64,000 bases of DNA, from contig JAZDOK010000004.1 of assembly GCA_043798715.1 (NCBI GenBank), forward strand, positions 114,537 to 178,536, given 5' to 3'. The notes under the pieces are model-generated. The model saw only the letters and a program-made list of their open reading frames with translations. It did no database searches and was not told the DNA's origin. The translations under genes were made by a program, and so were the position numbers. This DNA comes from a bacterium. GTDB lineage: Bacteria > Vulcanimicrobiota > JAZDOK01. Positions 46,250-54,405 of this stretch are shown here, in pieces (positions within the stretch are counted from its first letter, which is position 1; each line of letters begins with the position of its first letter).

Positions 46250-46481
46250 AGTACCTATTTTATTACTCGTTTAATCAGGTATTACCTGTTTCCCTTTTTC
46301 CATGTTGCATCCCGTCCTCGTCCAAGGCACTCCACCCTTTTGACACGGTTCTCTTTTTTCAGCACTTTGCGTATCATATCAACGCTCCCCCCTCTGCCTA
46401 ATTCTTCAAATAATGAGATGAAACCGGCCATAATTCCTCCGCTTGGGAGGAAAGATGAGGCGTTTACCTAATTATTGACAG

Positions 46482-47690
46482 GTGAGGATTCTTTTTGTCC
46501 ATCAGTTTTTTACGACCGAGAAGGAGCCGGGAGAGGTGCGGCATATCGAGATGTTCCGCCATCTCGCCAAAGACGGCCACGAGTTTTTCATAATCGGCGG
46601 AGCATTGAACTACCTGACCGGAAAGCTCTATCCTGATTTTAAAGGTCCGGTACAGGAGATAGACCTGGGGAATCCGGCCCTCCGCTTTATCCGGGTCCCT
46701 GCGGCCCCCACCTACCGGAAGGGATTTGCCGGACGACTCTGGACCTACCTCACCTTTGCCGCCAATGCCCTCCGAGCGGGCCTTAAAGCCCCCAAACCCG
46801 ACCTGGTGATGACGACCTCCCCTTCTCTCTTCCCCGCCCTCTCCGGATACATTTTAAGCCGCCTCAAGGGCGTCCCCTGCCTCTTTGAAATCCGCGACCT
46901 CTGGCCCCGGGCCCCCATTGAAATGGGCCTTCTTAAAAACAAGGCCGTCATCGCGTTTTCCTACTGGCTGGAAAAGTATCTCTGCCAAAGGGCTGAGAAG
47001 ATAGTGGTCATTACGCAGGGCTATAAGGATTACCTGGTCTCGCGGGGCATCCGGGCCGAAAAAATTCACATCGTCCCCAACGGCGTGGACGAATGGATGC
47101 TCGATTACCAGGGCTCTCCCCTGCCCCAGGAACTGGCCTCTCTTAAAGACAAATTCATCGTGGCCTATGCCGGGGCCATCGGGAAATTCAACCACTTGAG
47201 CGAACTAATCGGGGCGGCGGAAATCTTAAGAAATGAAAAGGACATCGCTTTCATACTCATCGGGGATGGAAACGACCGGGAGAATCAGGAGAGAGTCTGC
47301 CGGGAGAAAAATCTGGATAACGTTATCTTTCTCGGTTTAAAACAAAGGCAGGAAATCCCGGCTTTCCTCCAGGCGGCGGATCTTACCGTCGTCATCCATC
47401 CGCCCATCCCCTTAAGCCGCCTCCTCCTTCAGAACAAGGTGCTCGACTGCCTGGCCCTCGGGAAATTCATCCTCCTGGTCTCCGAGGAAGGCGACACGTC
47501 CAGGATCATCGAGGAGGCCGGGTGCGGCGAGCGTCTTCCCTACGGCCCGGGTGAGCTCGCCAAAAAGATTTTATGGTGCCGCGATCACCGGGACGAATGC
47601 CGGAATATGGGCGAGCGGGGACGCAAATATGCCCGGGAGCACTTCCTGCGCAAAGACCTGGCAGGGAAACTGGGGGAGATACTGGCCTGA
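46482..47690 (+). CDS. Glycosyltransferase family 4 (GT-B, WbuB-like)
   Basis: MRILFVHQFF N-terminus and a C-terminal GT4 E-x7-E-like region; probable GTG start. Confidence 0.75.
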   Translation: MRILFVHQFFTTEKEPGEVRHIEMFRHLAKDGHEFFIIGGALNYLTGKLYPDFKGPVQEIDLGNPALRFIRVPAAPTYRKGFAGRLWTYLTFAANALRAGLKAPKPDLVMTTSPSLFPALSGYILSRLKGVPCLFEIRDLWPRAPIEMGLLKNKAVIAFSYWLEKYLCQRAEKIVVITQGYKDYLVSRGIRAEKIHIVPNGVDEWMLDYQGSPLPQELASLKDKFIVAYAGAIGKFNHLSELIGAAEILRNEKDIAFILIGDGNDRENQERVCREKNLDNVIFLGLKQRQEIPAFLQAADLTVVIHPPIPLSRLLLQNKVLDCLALGKFILLVSEEGDTSRIIEEAGCGERLPYGPGELAKKILWCRDHRDECRNMGERGRKYAREHFLRKDLAGKLGEILA

Positions 47691-47697
47691 ATAGCAC

Positions 47698-48240
47698 TTG
47701 GAGGACTTTACCGAGAATAATCCAATAGATAGAATGATGATTTGCCTGACATGCGGATATTTCAACGAAGGAACGACAGGAAACTGCGTGAAGTGCGGAT
47801 CCCCTCTCATCCCGTTTCCGGCAGCCCCCCCTTTTCTGGAGGGACAGCTTTCCACCCTGAAAGATTCGGCCCGGAATGTCATCCTGGGGCAGATCTCAAT
47901 TGAAGATTTTGAAGCAGTGCTGGAACGCTTTGAAAATCGCCTGAACGAAGTCTCATCCTTTCTTGAAACCCTGGCTGTTCCGGAGGAAATGAGACTTGAT
48001 CTTCTTCCGGAGCTGACCGTGGGCTCCGAAGGGCTCCGCCTGCACCAGGAAGCTCTCCAGGCCATGCGGGACTACGTCTCTTCCCGGAGCCTGAGAGTCC
48101 TTCAGGAAGGCCTTGAAAAAGCCGAGAAAGCCAATGAAAAAATCAACGAAGCCATGCAGTTGAACTGGAAATCATTCCTCAACTGGAAGGAAATGACGGA
48201 AGACCTCCTGACACAGTACCTGCCGGGGTCACCTACTTGA
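47698..48240 (+). CDS. Zinc-ribbon protein with a C-terminal helical domain, paralog A
   Basis: CLTCGYFNEGTTGNCVKCG plus a C-terminal ...KINEAMQLN; paralog of 49112-49618. Confidence 0.4.
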   Translation: MEDFTENNPIDRMMICLTCGYFNEGTTGNCVKCGSPLIPFPAAPPFLEGQLSTLKDSARNVILGQISIEDFEAVLERFENRLNEVSSFLETLAVPEEMRLDLLPELTVGSEGLRLHQEALQAMRDYVSSRSLRVLQEGLEKAEKANEKINEAMQLNWKSFLNWKEMTEDLLTQYLPGSPT

Positions 48241-49027
48241 TAAATATATCCATCGGCTTAAAAAGATTATCCTGGAGACCGACGTTGATCGCCACCGCCC
48301 GATATACAACGACCTTTTCCATAACCTCGTTCTCATAATATTCAATCACAAAAGGCATCCAGCGCCCGTCCTTCAACTGGATGATTTCCTTATAGAGAAC
48401 CCGCAAAAAAGCCGGCTTGTCCTTCTCCGAGGAGCTTCTGGAGACTCTCCGCATCTCCAGTTTCAAGGGGACCCAGCGGCTCCGGTCGATCCATACTTTT
48501 ACCATCTGCTCCGGGGAGGCCGGATTTACGATTCCTACGACGTCCGTCGGAATCCCCCCAACCGACTCCTTGCCTAAAATGACATACTCCTGGTTGAGGT
48601 CCTGCTGGTAAATCTGCAGATTAAAGGGGAGCATGAGGCTGGCGCTTGGCTCATCCGGCCCCTTTTTGACGGGGTATTGCCCGGCAGAGACATACATCCA
48701 GCGATTGATTCCGTCCCGGATGATGATCGCCTGCTTTCCATCCGTAGGATCGCCTGGAGCAATAGTTACGCTATCAACTCTTAACTTGTTCGGCTTTTTA
48801 AAAAAAATCGTATCCCTCGAGGCCGGTTGAAGAACGCCGGAAGAACCGGAATTAGTCAGAGTCGTGCGGCTGACATCCAACTCTATCATGATGTCCTGGA
48901 TGGGAAGCTGGTTTGAGGTGACAAAGAGATGATCCACCAGTTGTCTGGCGGATGTTTCCGACGCCAGAACTCCTGTCGAGGAAACCAGAACCAGTATTAT
49001 GACCGTGCAGATGATTTTTCTTGTCAA
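48233..49027 (-). CDS. LolA-like beta-barrel lipoprotein-sorting-fold protein; fold assignment is tentative
   Basis: Signal peptide, then a beta-rich sequence of about 240 aa; the family assignment is weak. Confidence 0.4.
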   Translation of the reverse strand: MTRKIICTVIILVLVSSTGVLASETSARQLVDHLFVTSNQLPIQDIMIELDVSRTTLTNSGSSGVLQPASRDTIFFKKPNKLRVDSVTIAPGDPTDGKQAIIIRDGINRWMYVSAGQYPVKKGPDEPSASLMLPFNLQIYQQDLNQEYVILGKESVGGIPTDVVGIVNPASPEQMVKVWIDRSRWVPLKLEMRRVSRSSSEKDKPAFLRVLYKEIIQLKDGRWMPFVIEYYENEVMEKVVVYRAVAINVGLQDNLFKPMDIFIK

Positions 49028-49111
49028 TTTATTCCCTCTTTCCTTCCAGCAGGAAAATATTGCATTTTCGCGAATATTATGTTACATTGAGTCATAAAGG
49101 AGGTCAGCATC

Positions 49112-49618
49112 TTGATCTGTATCAAGTGCGGCGGTAGCAATCCGGACAGCGTCAACTACTGTGAGAGCTGCGGAGCCGCTCTTCCAAAGATGCCCCAGTC
49201 TCACGTGGCTCCTCCCCAGCAGGTGAACGAGCGGTACAACCAGTTGCGCGATGCGGGGGAAAAGGTAATCAACGGCGAGTGGACCACCGAAGAATTTATT
49301 TCTTTCCTGAACGGAATTTCCTCTGTTCTGGCCCAGAAGGAACATGAGATCAAAGAGATTCTGGAAACCGAAATACCACAGGAGGCCTACTCTGACTTTG
49401 AAGACGAACTGAACGTAGGCTTCAGCGGCATTGATTCCTATAACCAGGGAATTGTGGAAATGCTTTATTATGGTGAAGATCAGGACCCGGCCCACATTGA
49501 TGCCGGCTTGAACATGATCAAGGACGGAAACGAATTGATCAACGAGGCGATGCGCATTAACCGGGACAACCGCCGCAAGCTGGAAGAAATGTATATAGAC
49601 ACTTCGACGTTCCTGTGA
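49112..49618 (+). CDS. Zinc-ribbon protein with a C-terminal helical domain, paralog B
   Basis: CIKCGGSNPDSVNYCESCG plus ...LINEAMRIN; aligns with paralog A over the full length. Confidence 0.4.
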   Translation: MICIKCGGSNPDSVNYCESCGAALPKMPQSHVAPPQQVNERYNQLRDAGEKVINGEWTTEEFISFLNGISSVLAQKEHEIKEILETEIPQEAYSDFEDELNVGFSGIDSYNQGIVEMLYYGEDQDPAHIDAGLNMIKDGNELINEAMRINRDNRRKLEEMYIDTSTFL

Positions 49619-49724
49619 TTTTTCTGCGTTCCTGAAGTACACGGTTGGCTCCTGATTCTTGGAATAAAGCCTCCAGACATTGCCTGGAGGCTTATTGTTT
49701 CGCGAAAAAAACTACCTGTCCCGT

Positions 49725-50372
49725 TTAGTCACCCTTGGCAAGCTTGTCCCACATTTCGAAGACCTTGTTCTGCACGGCCACCCGGTTGGCATAGGCTTCC
49801 TGCCATATTTTGAAGATCTCATTCTGGGTGTCCTGCATGATTTTCCAGACATTGGCCCACCATTTTGACTGATCGGCCTTCATCTGCCACCAGACGCTCA
49901 TGGCGTTATTGACGTCTTCCTGGTGAGCCTTGGCCTTGTTGGCGGCATCCGTCGCAGAGGTAGTACCCACCGGCGCCGCTCCTCCGTCCGCCGGTTCAGC
50001 AGAGGGGCTGCCGGCTGCGGGCGGCTGGGTGCCCGTTGCAGGAGGCTTCTGAGACGGCGCGCCCGGTGCGGTCGGAACCTTATCCTGTGGCGGCTTTGCG
50101 GCGGGAGTCTCTTCCTTCGGAGTTTTTGTTTCCTGAGGAGCCGCGCCCTTGGCCCCCTTGACCTTCTGCATGGCCAGGTTCTGCAGAAGACCCGTCTGAA
50201 GACCGGCTCCCTGAGAGGCCCGGCTCAAATCAACCGAATCCATGGTCCCTTCCGACCGGGAAGGCTCCTCTTTGCTCCCGGCAACTTTTTTCTGGTCGTC
50301 CAGGGAGAGAGCTGACTGCTGTGCCAATCCGACCTGCTGGCCGGCCTTGATATTGACGTTGATATCGCTCAC
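49725..50372 (-). CDS. Protein with a Pro/Ala-rich N-terminus and a C-terminal Trp-rich helical domain paralogous to 53666-53905
   Basis: The C-terminal about 60 aa (NNAMSVWWQMKADQSKWWANVWKIMQDTQNEIFKIWQ) aligns with NNAMTVGIQMQADAQKQQMERWKILQDTQTKIFEIQQ. Confidence 0.45.
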   Translation of the reverse strand: MSDINVNIKAGQQVGLAQQSALSLDDQKKVAGSKEEPSRSEGTMDSVDLSRASQGAGLQTGLLQNLAMQKVKGAKGAAPQETKTPKEETPAAKPPQDKVPTAPGAPSQKPPATGTQPPAAGSPSAEPADGGAAPVGTTSATDAANKAKAHQEDVNNAMSVWWQMKADQSKWWANVWKIMQDTQNEIFKIWQEAYANRVAVQNKVFEMWDKLAKGD

Positions 50373-50413
50373 TAAAATGACCCCCTTCGGCTTGAAATAA
50401 CCGTTCCATGGTC

Positions 50414-50442
50414 ATTATATCAATTGTTGCTTGAAATGTAAA
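50414..50442 (-). promoter_or_regulatory. Sigma-70-like promoter TTTACA-N17-TATAAT for the 49725-50372 gene
   Basis: Read on the reverse complement as ctTTTACAtttcaagcaacaattgaTATAATg; the same architecture is found upstream of 53905. Confidence 0.55.
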
Positions 50443-50474
50443 GAATCAGGTGTTAAAAATATGTTAACATTTGG

Positions 50475-50511
50475 AAGGGTCAGACCTTTATCTTCAAAAG
50501 GTCTGACCCTT
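50475..50511. terminator. Perfect 15-bp-stem hairpin built from the tctgaccc repeat motif, downstream of the response-regulator gene
   Basis: aagggtcagaccttt-atcttca-aaaggtctgaccctt; a related motif, agtctgacccc, occurs at 50537. Confidence 0.5.
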
Positions 50512-50551
50512 ATTCTAAAACTTAATCTTCCAGAAAGTCTGACCCCTGTTC

Positions 50552-50986
50552 TCAGACCTCGTCGATCGAATAAATCGGCCTTCCATCGAAATGGGTATCC
50601 TTCTTGTCCTCTGTGTGCGCGAAAATACGCTTGACGAAGGCGATGAGCTCGGCGGGATTGAAGGGTTTAGTCAGGTAACAATCCACCCCGGATTGCCACC
50701 CCTTGAGAATATCTCCATCCTGGGCCTTCGCGGTCAGCATGATGATCGGTATGTCCGCGGTCTCCGGGTTGGATTTCAATTCCTTCAGCGTCTGAAAGCC
50801 GTCTTTTCTGGGCATCATGATGTCCAGGACGATAAGGTCCGGCCTCTGGACGGCGACTTTCTTCAGACATTCCACTCCGTCATAGGCGCAGTCCACCTCG
50901 TACCCCAGCTTCATCAGATTGATCTGGATAAGCCGAACGATATTTTTATTGTCGTCCACCGCCAATATTTTTCTCTTTCCTGCCAT
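50552..50986 (-). CDS. Single-domain response regulator (CheY-like receiver)
   Basis: ILAVDD...D55 (LIVLDIMMP)...LTAK acidic pocket and conserved Lys. Confidence 0.85.
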   Translation of the reverse strand: MAGKRKILAVDDNKNIVRLIQINLMKLGYEVDCAYDGVECLKKVAVQRPDLIVLDIMMPRKDGFQTLKELKSNPETADIPIIMLTAKAQDGDILKGWQSGVDCYLTKPFNPAELIAFVKRIFAHTEDKKDTHFDGRPIYSIDEV

Positions 50987-51010
50987 TAGATTAATCCTCC
51001 TTTAGTCGCT

Positions 51011-52756
51011 TCAACTGGATGATTCTTCTTCACTGCTTTCGGGGGTTTCATACTTTATGGGGAGAGTAAAGTTGAATGTGGAGCCGAAACCGGGCTGGCT
51101 CTCCACCCAGATCCTGCCCTTATGGGATTCCACCAGATTTTTTACTATGAAGAGGCCTATGCCGGCCCCCTCGGTCATCCTGGTATCCTCGGTATTGACC
51201 CGATGGAACTTGTCGAATATTTTGTCCATATGCTCTTCGGGAATCCCCACGCCCTGATCCGTGATGGAAAAATGGACCTCGTGATGATTGGCGTAAACCT
51301 TGAGCGTTACGGTCCCGCCCTCCGGAGAATACTTGACGGCATTCCCCAGAAGATTGACGAGAATCTGGTCCACCTTGTCCTTGTCCGCAACAATGGTGGG
51401 CAGTTTGTCTTCCTCCATGTTAAGAGCGAATTCATGCATGGTGGAGGAGGACTTAATGGCCTGAAGCGAACGTTTGACCACGGGAGGAATCTGCATGGGG
51501 GCCATCTTGAGGTCCAGGCTCCTCCCGGCCTCGATGCGGGAGATCGTCAGAAGATCGGAGATAAGCCGGATCAGGCGATCGCATTCCTCATCTATGATGT
51601 GGTAGAATTCCATCCTGGAATCCTTATCAAAGGAGTCGTCCTCATCATCCAGCAGGGTGGATATGAAACCCTTGATGGAGGTCAGGGGGGTGCGCAATTC
51701 ATGGGAGGCGGTAGAGACAAACTCGGTTTTCAATTGTTCAAGGCGTTTTATTCTGGTAATATCGGTGAAGGATGCGACGACTCCGACATCAGTGGAGGAG
51801 GATTCCGGCTCCGGGACGATGTTCAGCTGAAAAGTCAGCTCCTGCGTCGAACGGGGGTTCAGAGTGAGTTCATCGTTTATGACCTCCCGCTCTCTTATGG
51901 AGCGGTTCAGGAGATCCAGGACCTTCAGCTCTTTGATCGCATCGGTGGCCCTCAGATTCCTCGGATCGCCTACCTGCACGTTCAATATTTCCCTGGCCTT
52001 CGGGTTACAGAAGAGTACTCGCCCGAAACGATCGAGGACCAGCACTCCGGTCAGCATGGACAGCAGCGTCGTCTCCAGCTCGGTCTTCCTGGCCATAAGG
52101 GTGATGAAAGTCTTGGTGTTCTGGATAATGACGGAGGCCTGCCGGGCCAGGGTACTCAGGATCTGGGTATCTTCGTCGTTGAATTCCTCGTTATAGGACT
52201 TGTTGAAAACATGGAGAACCCCGATGGTCTGGGGCGGCTCTGAAGGGCCCTTCCGAAGGAGGAGCGGCATGCTCAGGCTGGAGCGCACTCCCAGCATGTT
52301 GGCCAAGTTGGCATCCCAGAGGGGATCATTAAGGGCATCGTTCACCAGCACCGGGACCCCCTCCCGGAAGACCTTGCCGCTTACGCCGTTGTTCGGATCC
52401 ACCCGGAAGAGTCGCAGTTCCTTGTCGCCTATCCCCTTGGCCGGTTTCTGGGCGAGCAGTTGGGTTTCTTTTTCATCCGGAAGCATGAAGACGCACTTCT
52501 CCGCCTGCATGATCATGCCCACCTTGTTTACGAGCTGTTTCAGGGTGTCTTCGATCCCGGGAATCGTCTCGACCTCGGGCGAAACCTCCTGCATGGAATT
52601 ATACGCCGTGAGGCGGACTTCCATCTCCTCATGGTATTTTTCAAGCTGGGTCGCATAGGCCTGAAGACGGTGATATTCCTCGATGGAAACATTCTGAGGC
52701 TCTTTTACGCCCGCATTAGCTGCCTTGTTAAGCTCGTTTGACATCGTTATCCCCAC
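51011..52756 (-). CDS. Cytoplasmic sensor histidine kinase with a GAF domain
   Basis: H-box ASHELRTPLTSIKGF, N and G boxes (LGNAVKYS, GAGIGL); no TM segments. Confidence 0.85.
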   Translation of the reverse strand: MGITMSNELNKAANAGVKEPQNVSIEEYHRLQAYATQLEKYHEEMEVRLTAYNSMQEVSPEVETIPGIEDTLKQLVNKVGMIMQAEKCVFMLPDEKETQLLAQKPAKGIGDKELRLFRVDPNNGVSGKVFREGVPVLVNDALNDPLWDANLANMLGVRSSLSMPLLLRKGPSEPPQTIGVLHVFNKSYNEEFNDEDTQILSTLARQASVIIQNTKTFITLMARKTELETTLLSMLTGVLVLDRFGRVLFCNPKAREILNVQVGDPRNLRATDAIKELKVLDLLNRSIREREVINDELTLNPRSTQELTFQLNIVPEPESSSTDVGVVASFTDITRIKRLEQLKTEFVSTASHELRTPLTSIKGFISTLLDDEDDSFDKDSRMEFYHIIDEECDRLIRLISDLLTISRIEAGRSLDLKMAPMQIPPVVKRSLQAIKSSSTMHEFALNMEEDKLPTIVADKDKVDQILVNLLGNAVKYSPEGGTVTLKVYANHHEVHFSITDQGVGIPEEHMDKIFDKFHRVNTEDTRMTEGAGIGLFIVKNLVESHKGRIWVESQPGFGSTFNFTLPIKYETPESSEEESSS

Positions 52757-52783
52757 ACACCTTTATAATATTGTTCCCAAGTT

Positions 52784-53656
52784 CTACGTCCCGGACTTTT
52801 TTCCCTGCTTGGACGGATCGGAAAAGGAAGCAAGGGAAACCACGCTTCCTAGCTCAAGGGTAAAGGCGCCCAGATACTGGGCATCGCTCCCGCTCTGAAG
52901 AATATAGGTTTCATTCTCCTTCAGGTAATGGGGCAGAAAATGGTGGGAGCGGCCGCCCACAATTACGGAAATCCGGGGAAAAGCCCGGGCCAGCGCCATA
53001 TCCTCCTCCAGCCCAAGTTGGGAAAGAAGGATGACCACCTGGACCCCTTCATCGCTGAAATGCTGGAGGACTTCCCCAACAACACCGGCCGGCGCCTCAA
53101 GGTGGAGATTACCCGTCATTTTCACGGGGTAAGAGAGGCCGAAAATTCCGACTGACAGAGGCCCGACCTTCTTCTGCACCCACCTCAGGACAAAAGGAGG
53201 AGGCATCTTCCCCCCTGCAAAAACATTCGAACAGACAAATGGGAAAGCCGCCTTTTCCGCCCATTTCGCCATCGCCGGGAGCGGCCATCCAAAATCGCCC
53301 TCCCCGAGACCAACCGCATCATACCCGATGGCGTTCATGATCTCCACCATCGGCATCCCCTCAAAACGCTCACAGAGAGGATGCCCCCGGGACCAGTCAC
53401 CGCTGTCCACCAGAAGAGACGGCCCATCCTTCCACCGCTTTCCCTTTACCAGGGTGGAGACAAAAGGCATTCTCTCGACCTGCCCGTGAAGATCATTGGT
53501 ATAAAGGATCTGAAGGCCCGTGATATCGGGGATACCAATTTCAAATCTTTCTTCCGTTGAATCCGCCTCCCTGAAGAAGAAAGTCCCCCCGCCGCCGGCA
53601 GGGAGAACCTCGGGAATAAAAAAAGGGCGAAGGCAAAGCCCCCGCCCGAAAAACAC
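52784..53656 (-). CDS. Calcineurin-like metallophosphoesterase (5'-nucleotidase N-domain-like)
   Basis: ILYTNDLHG and GDW..GH motifs. Confidence 0.6.
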   Translation of the reverse strand: MFFGRGLCLRPFFIPEVLPAGGGGTFFFREADSTEERFEIGIPDITGLQILYTNDLHGQVERMPFVSTLVKGKRWKDGPSLLVDSGDWSRGHPLCERFEGMPMVEIMNAIGYDAVGLGEGDFGWPLPAMAKWAEKAAFPFVCSNVFAGGKMPPPFVLRWVQKKVGPLSVGIFGLSYPVKMTGNLHLEAPAGVVGEVLQHFSDEGVQVVILLSQLGLEEDMALARAFPRISVIVGGRSHHFLPHYLKENETYILQSGSDAQYLGAFTLELGSVVSLASFSDPSKQGKKSGT

Positions 53657-53665
53657 AACCTGGCA

Positions 53666-53905
53666 CTAACTCCTGATATACTCGTCCCACTTGTTGAACA
53701 TCTTGTCGGTTGTCTTTGCCTTGTTGACCGTGACATCCTGCTGAATTTCAAAGATCTTCGTCTGAGTATCCTGCAGGATTTTCCAGCGCTCCATCTGCTG
53801 CTTCTGAGCATCGGCCTGCATCTGAATGCCGACTGTCATGGCATTGTTGTAGTCATTCTGCTGGAGCTGGGTCGCTGAGAAAATGTTTGAGAGCACTCCA
53901 CCCAT
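53666..53905 (-). CDS. Small 79-aa protein paralogous to the C-terminus of 49725-50372; possibly a YjfB-like motility-associated protein
   Basis: Sits immediately downstream of the flagellar genes. SATQLQQNDYNNAMTVGIQMQADAQKQQ weakly resembles the YjfB family consensus. Confidence 0.4.
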   Translation of the reverse strand: MGGVLSNIFSATQLQQNDYNNAMTVGIQMQADAQKQQMERWKILQDTQTKIFEIQQDVTVNKAKTTDKMFNKWDEYIRS

Positions 53906-53945
53906 ACCTACACCTCCTCTCCTACTATACTATCCACTTACCTGT

Positions 53946-53974
53946 ATTATCGCACCAATCTCCTGAAATGTAAA
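53946..53974 (-). promoter_or_regulatory. Sigma-70-like promoter TTTACA-N17-GATAAT for the 53666-53905 gene
   Basis: Reverse complement reads ccTTTACAtttcaggagattggtgcGATAATac; it shares ctttacatttca with the promoter at 50414-50442. Confidence 0.5.
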
Positions 53975-54054
53975 GGGATATTTGTTAACAGAATGTAAAT
54001 TATTCGTGAATAAATTGTTAAAACCCTACTCCTTTTCCTGATGCGTTGGGGCCT

Positions 54055-54345
54055 TCAATCCGAAAAGGCTTCTCCCTCGGCGGGCGCCAGCGGATCTTCC
54101 TGTTCAGGGAAGGGAATCCCGGCCTGCTTGAGATCGTAGTAGACTTTCTCGTTGTTCTCATACATGGTAAGAATGGCCCCATCCCTGGCGGCGGTGATCA
54201 CTACCTCCAGGACTTCGAGCAGGAGCTTGGGAACGTCGGTCTCCTTCCAGTTGATGCGCTCCCGGGTCTTTTCCCAGACATCCAGGTACATCCGGTTGAA
54301 GATGCTTATCATCTCTTCAGGAGTCAGGCCCAGATGGGTTTCCAT
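54055..54345 (-). CDS. Hypothetical 96-aa protein between flhA and the YjfB-like gene
   Basis: No recognisable motif. Confidence 0.3.
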   Translation of the reverse strand: METHLGLTPEEMISIFNRMYLDVWEKTRERINWKETDVPKLLLEVLEVVITAARDGAILTMYENNEKVYYDLKQAGIPFPEQEDPLAPAEGEAFSD

Positions 54346-54405
54346 AAGGTCGATACCCCCCTTTCACACTTATTGAAAAGTTCGCCTGATCCGGCAAATA
54401 TCCTG

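Noticed and set aside
53906-54054. Sigma-28 (FliA) promoter upstream of the YjfB-like gene
   Set aside because: GCGATAA resembles the sigma-28 -10 element, but the -35 region fits TTTACA-N17 sigma-70 geometry better, and an identical architecture precedes the non-flagellar paralog. I called it sigma-70-like.
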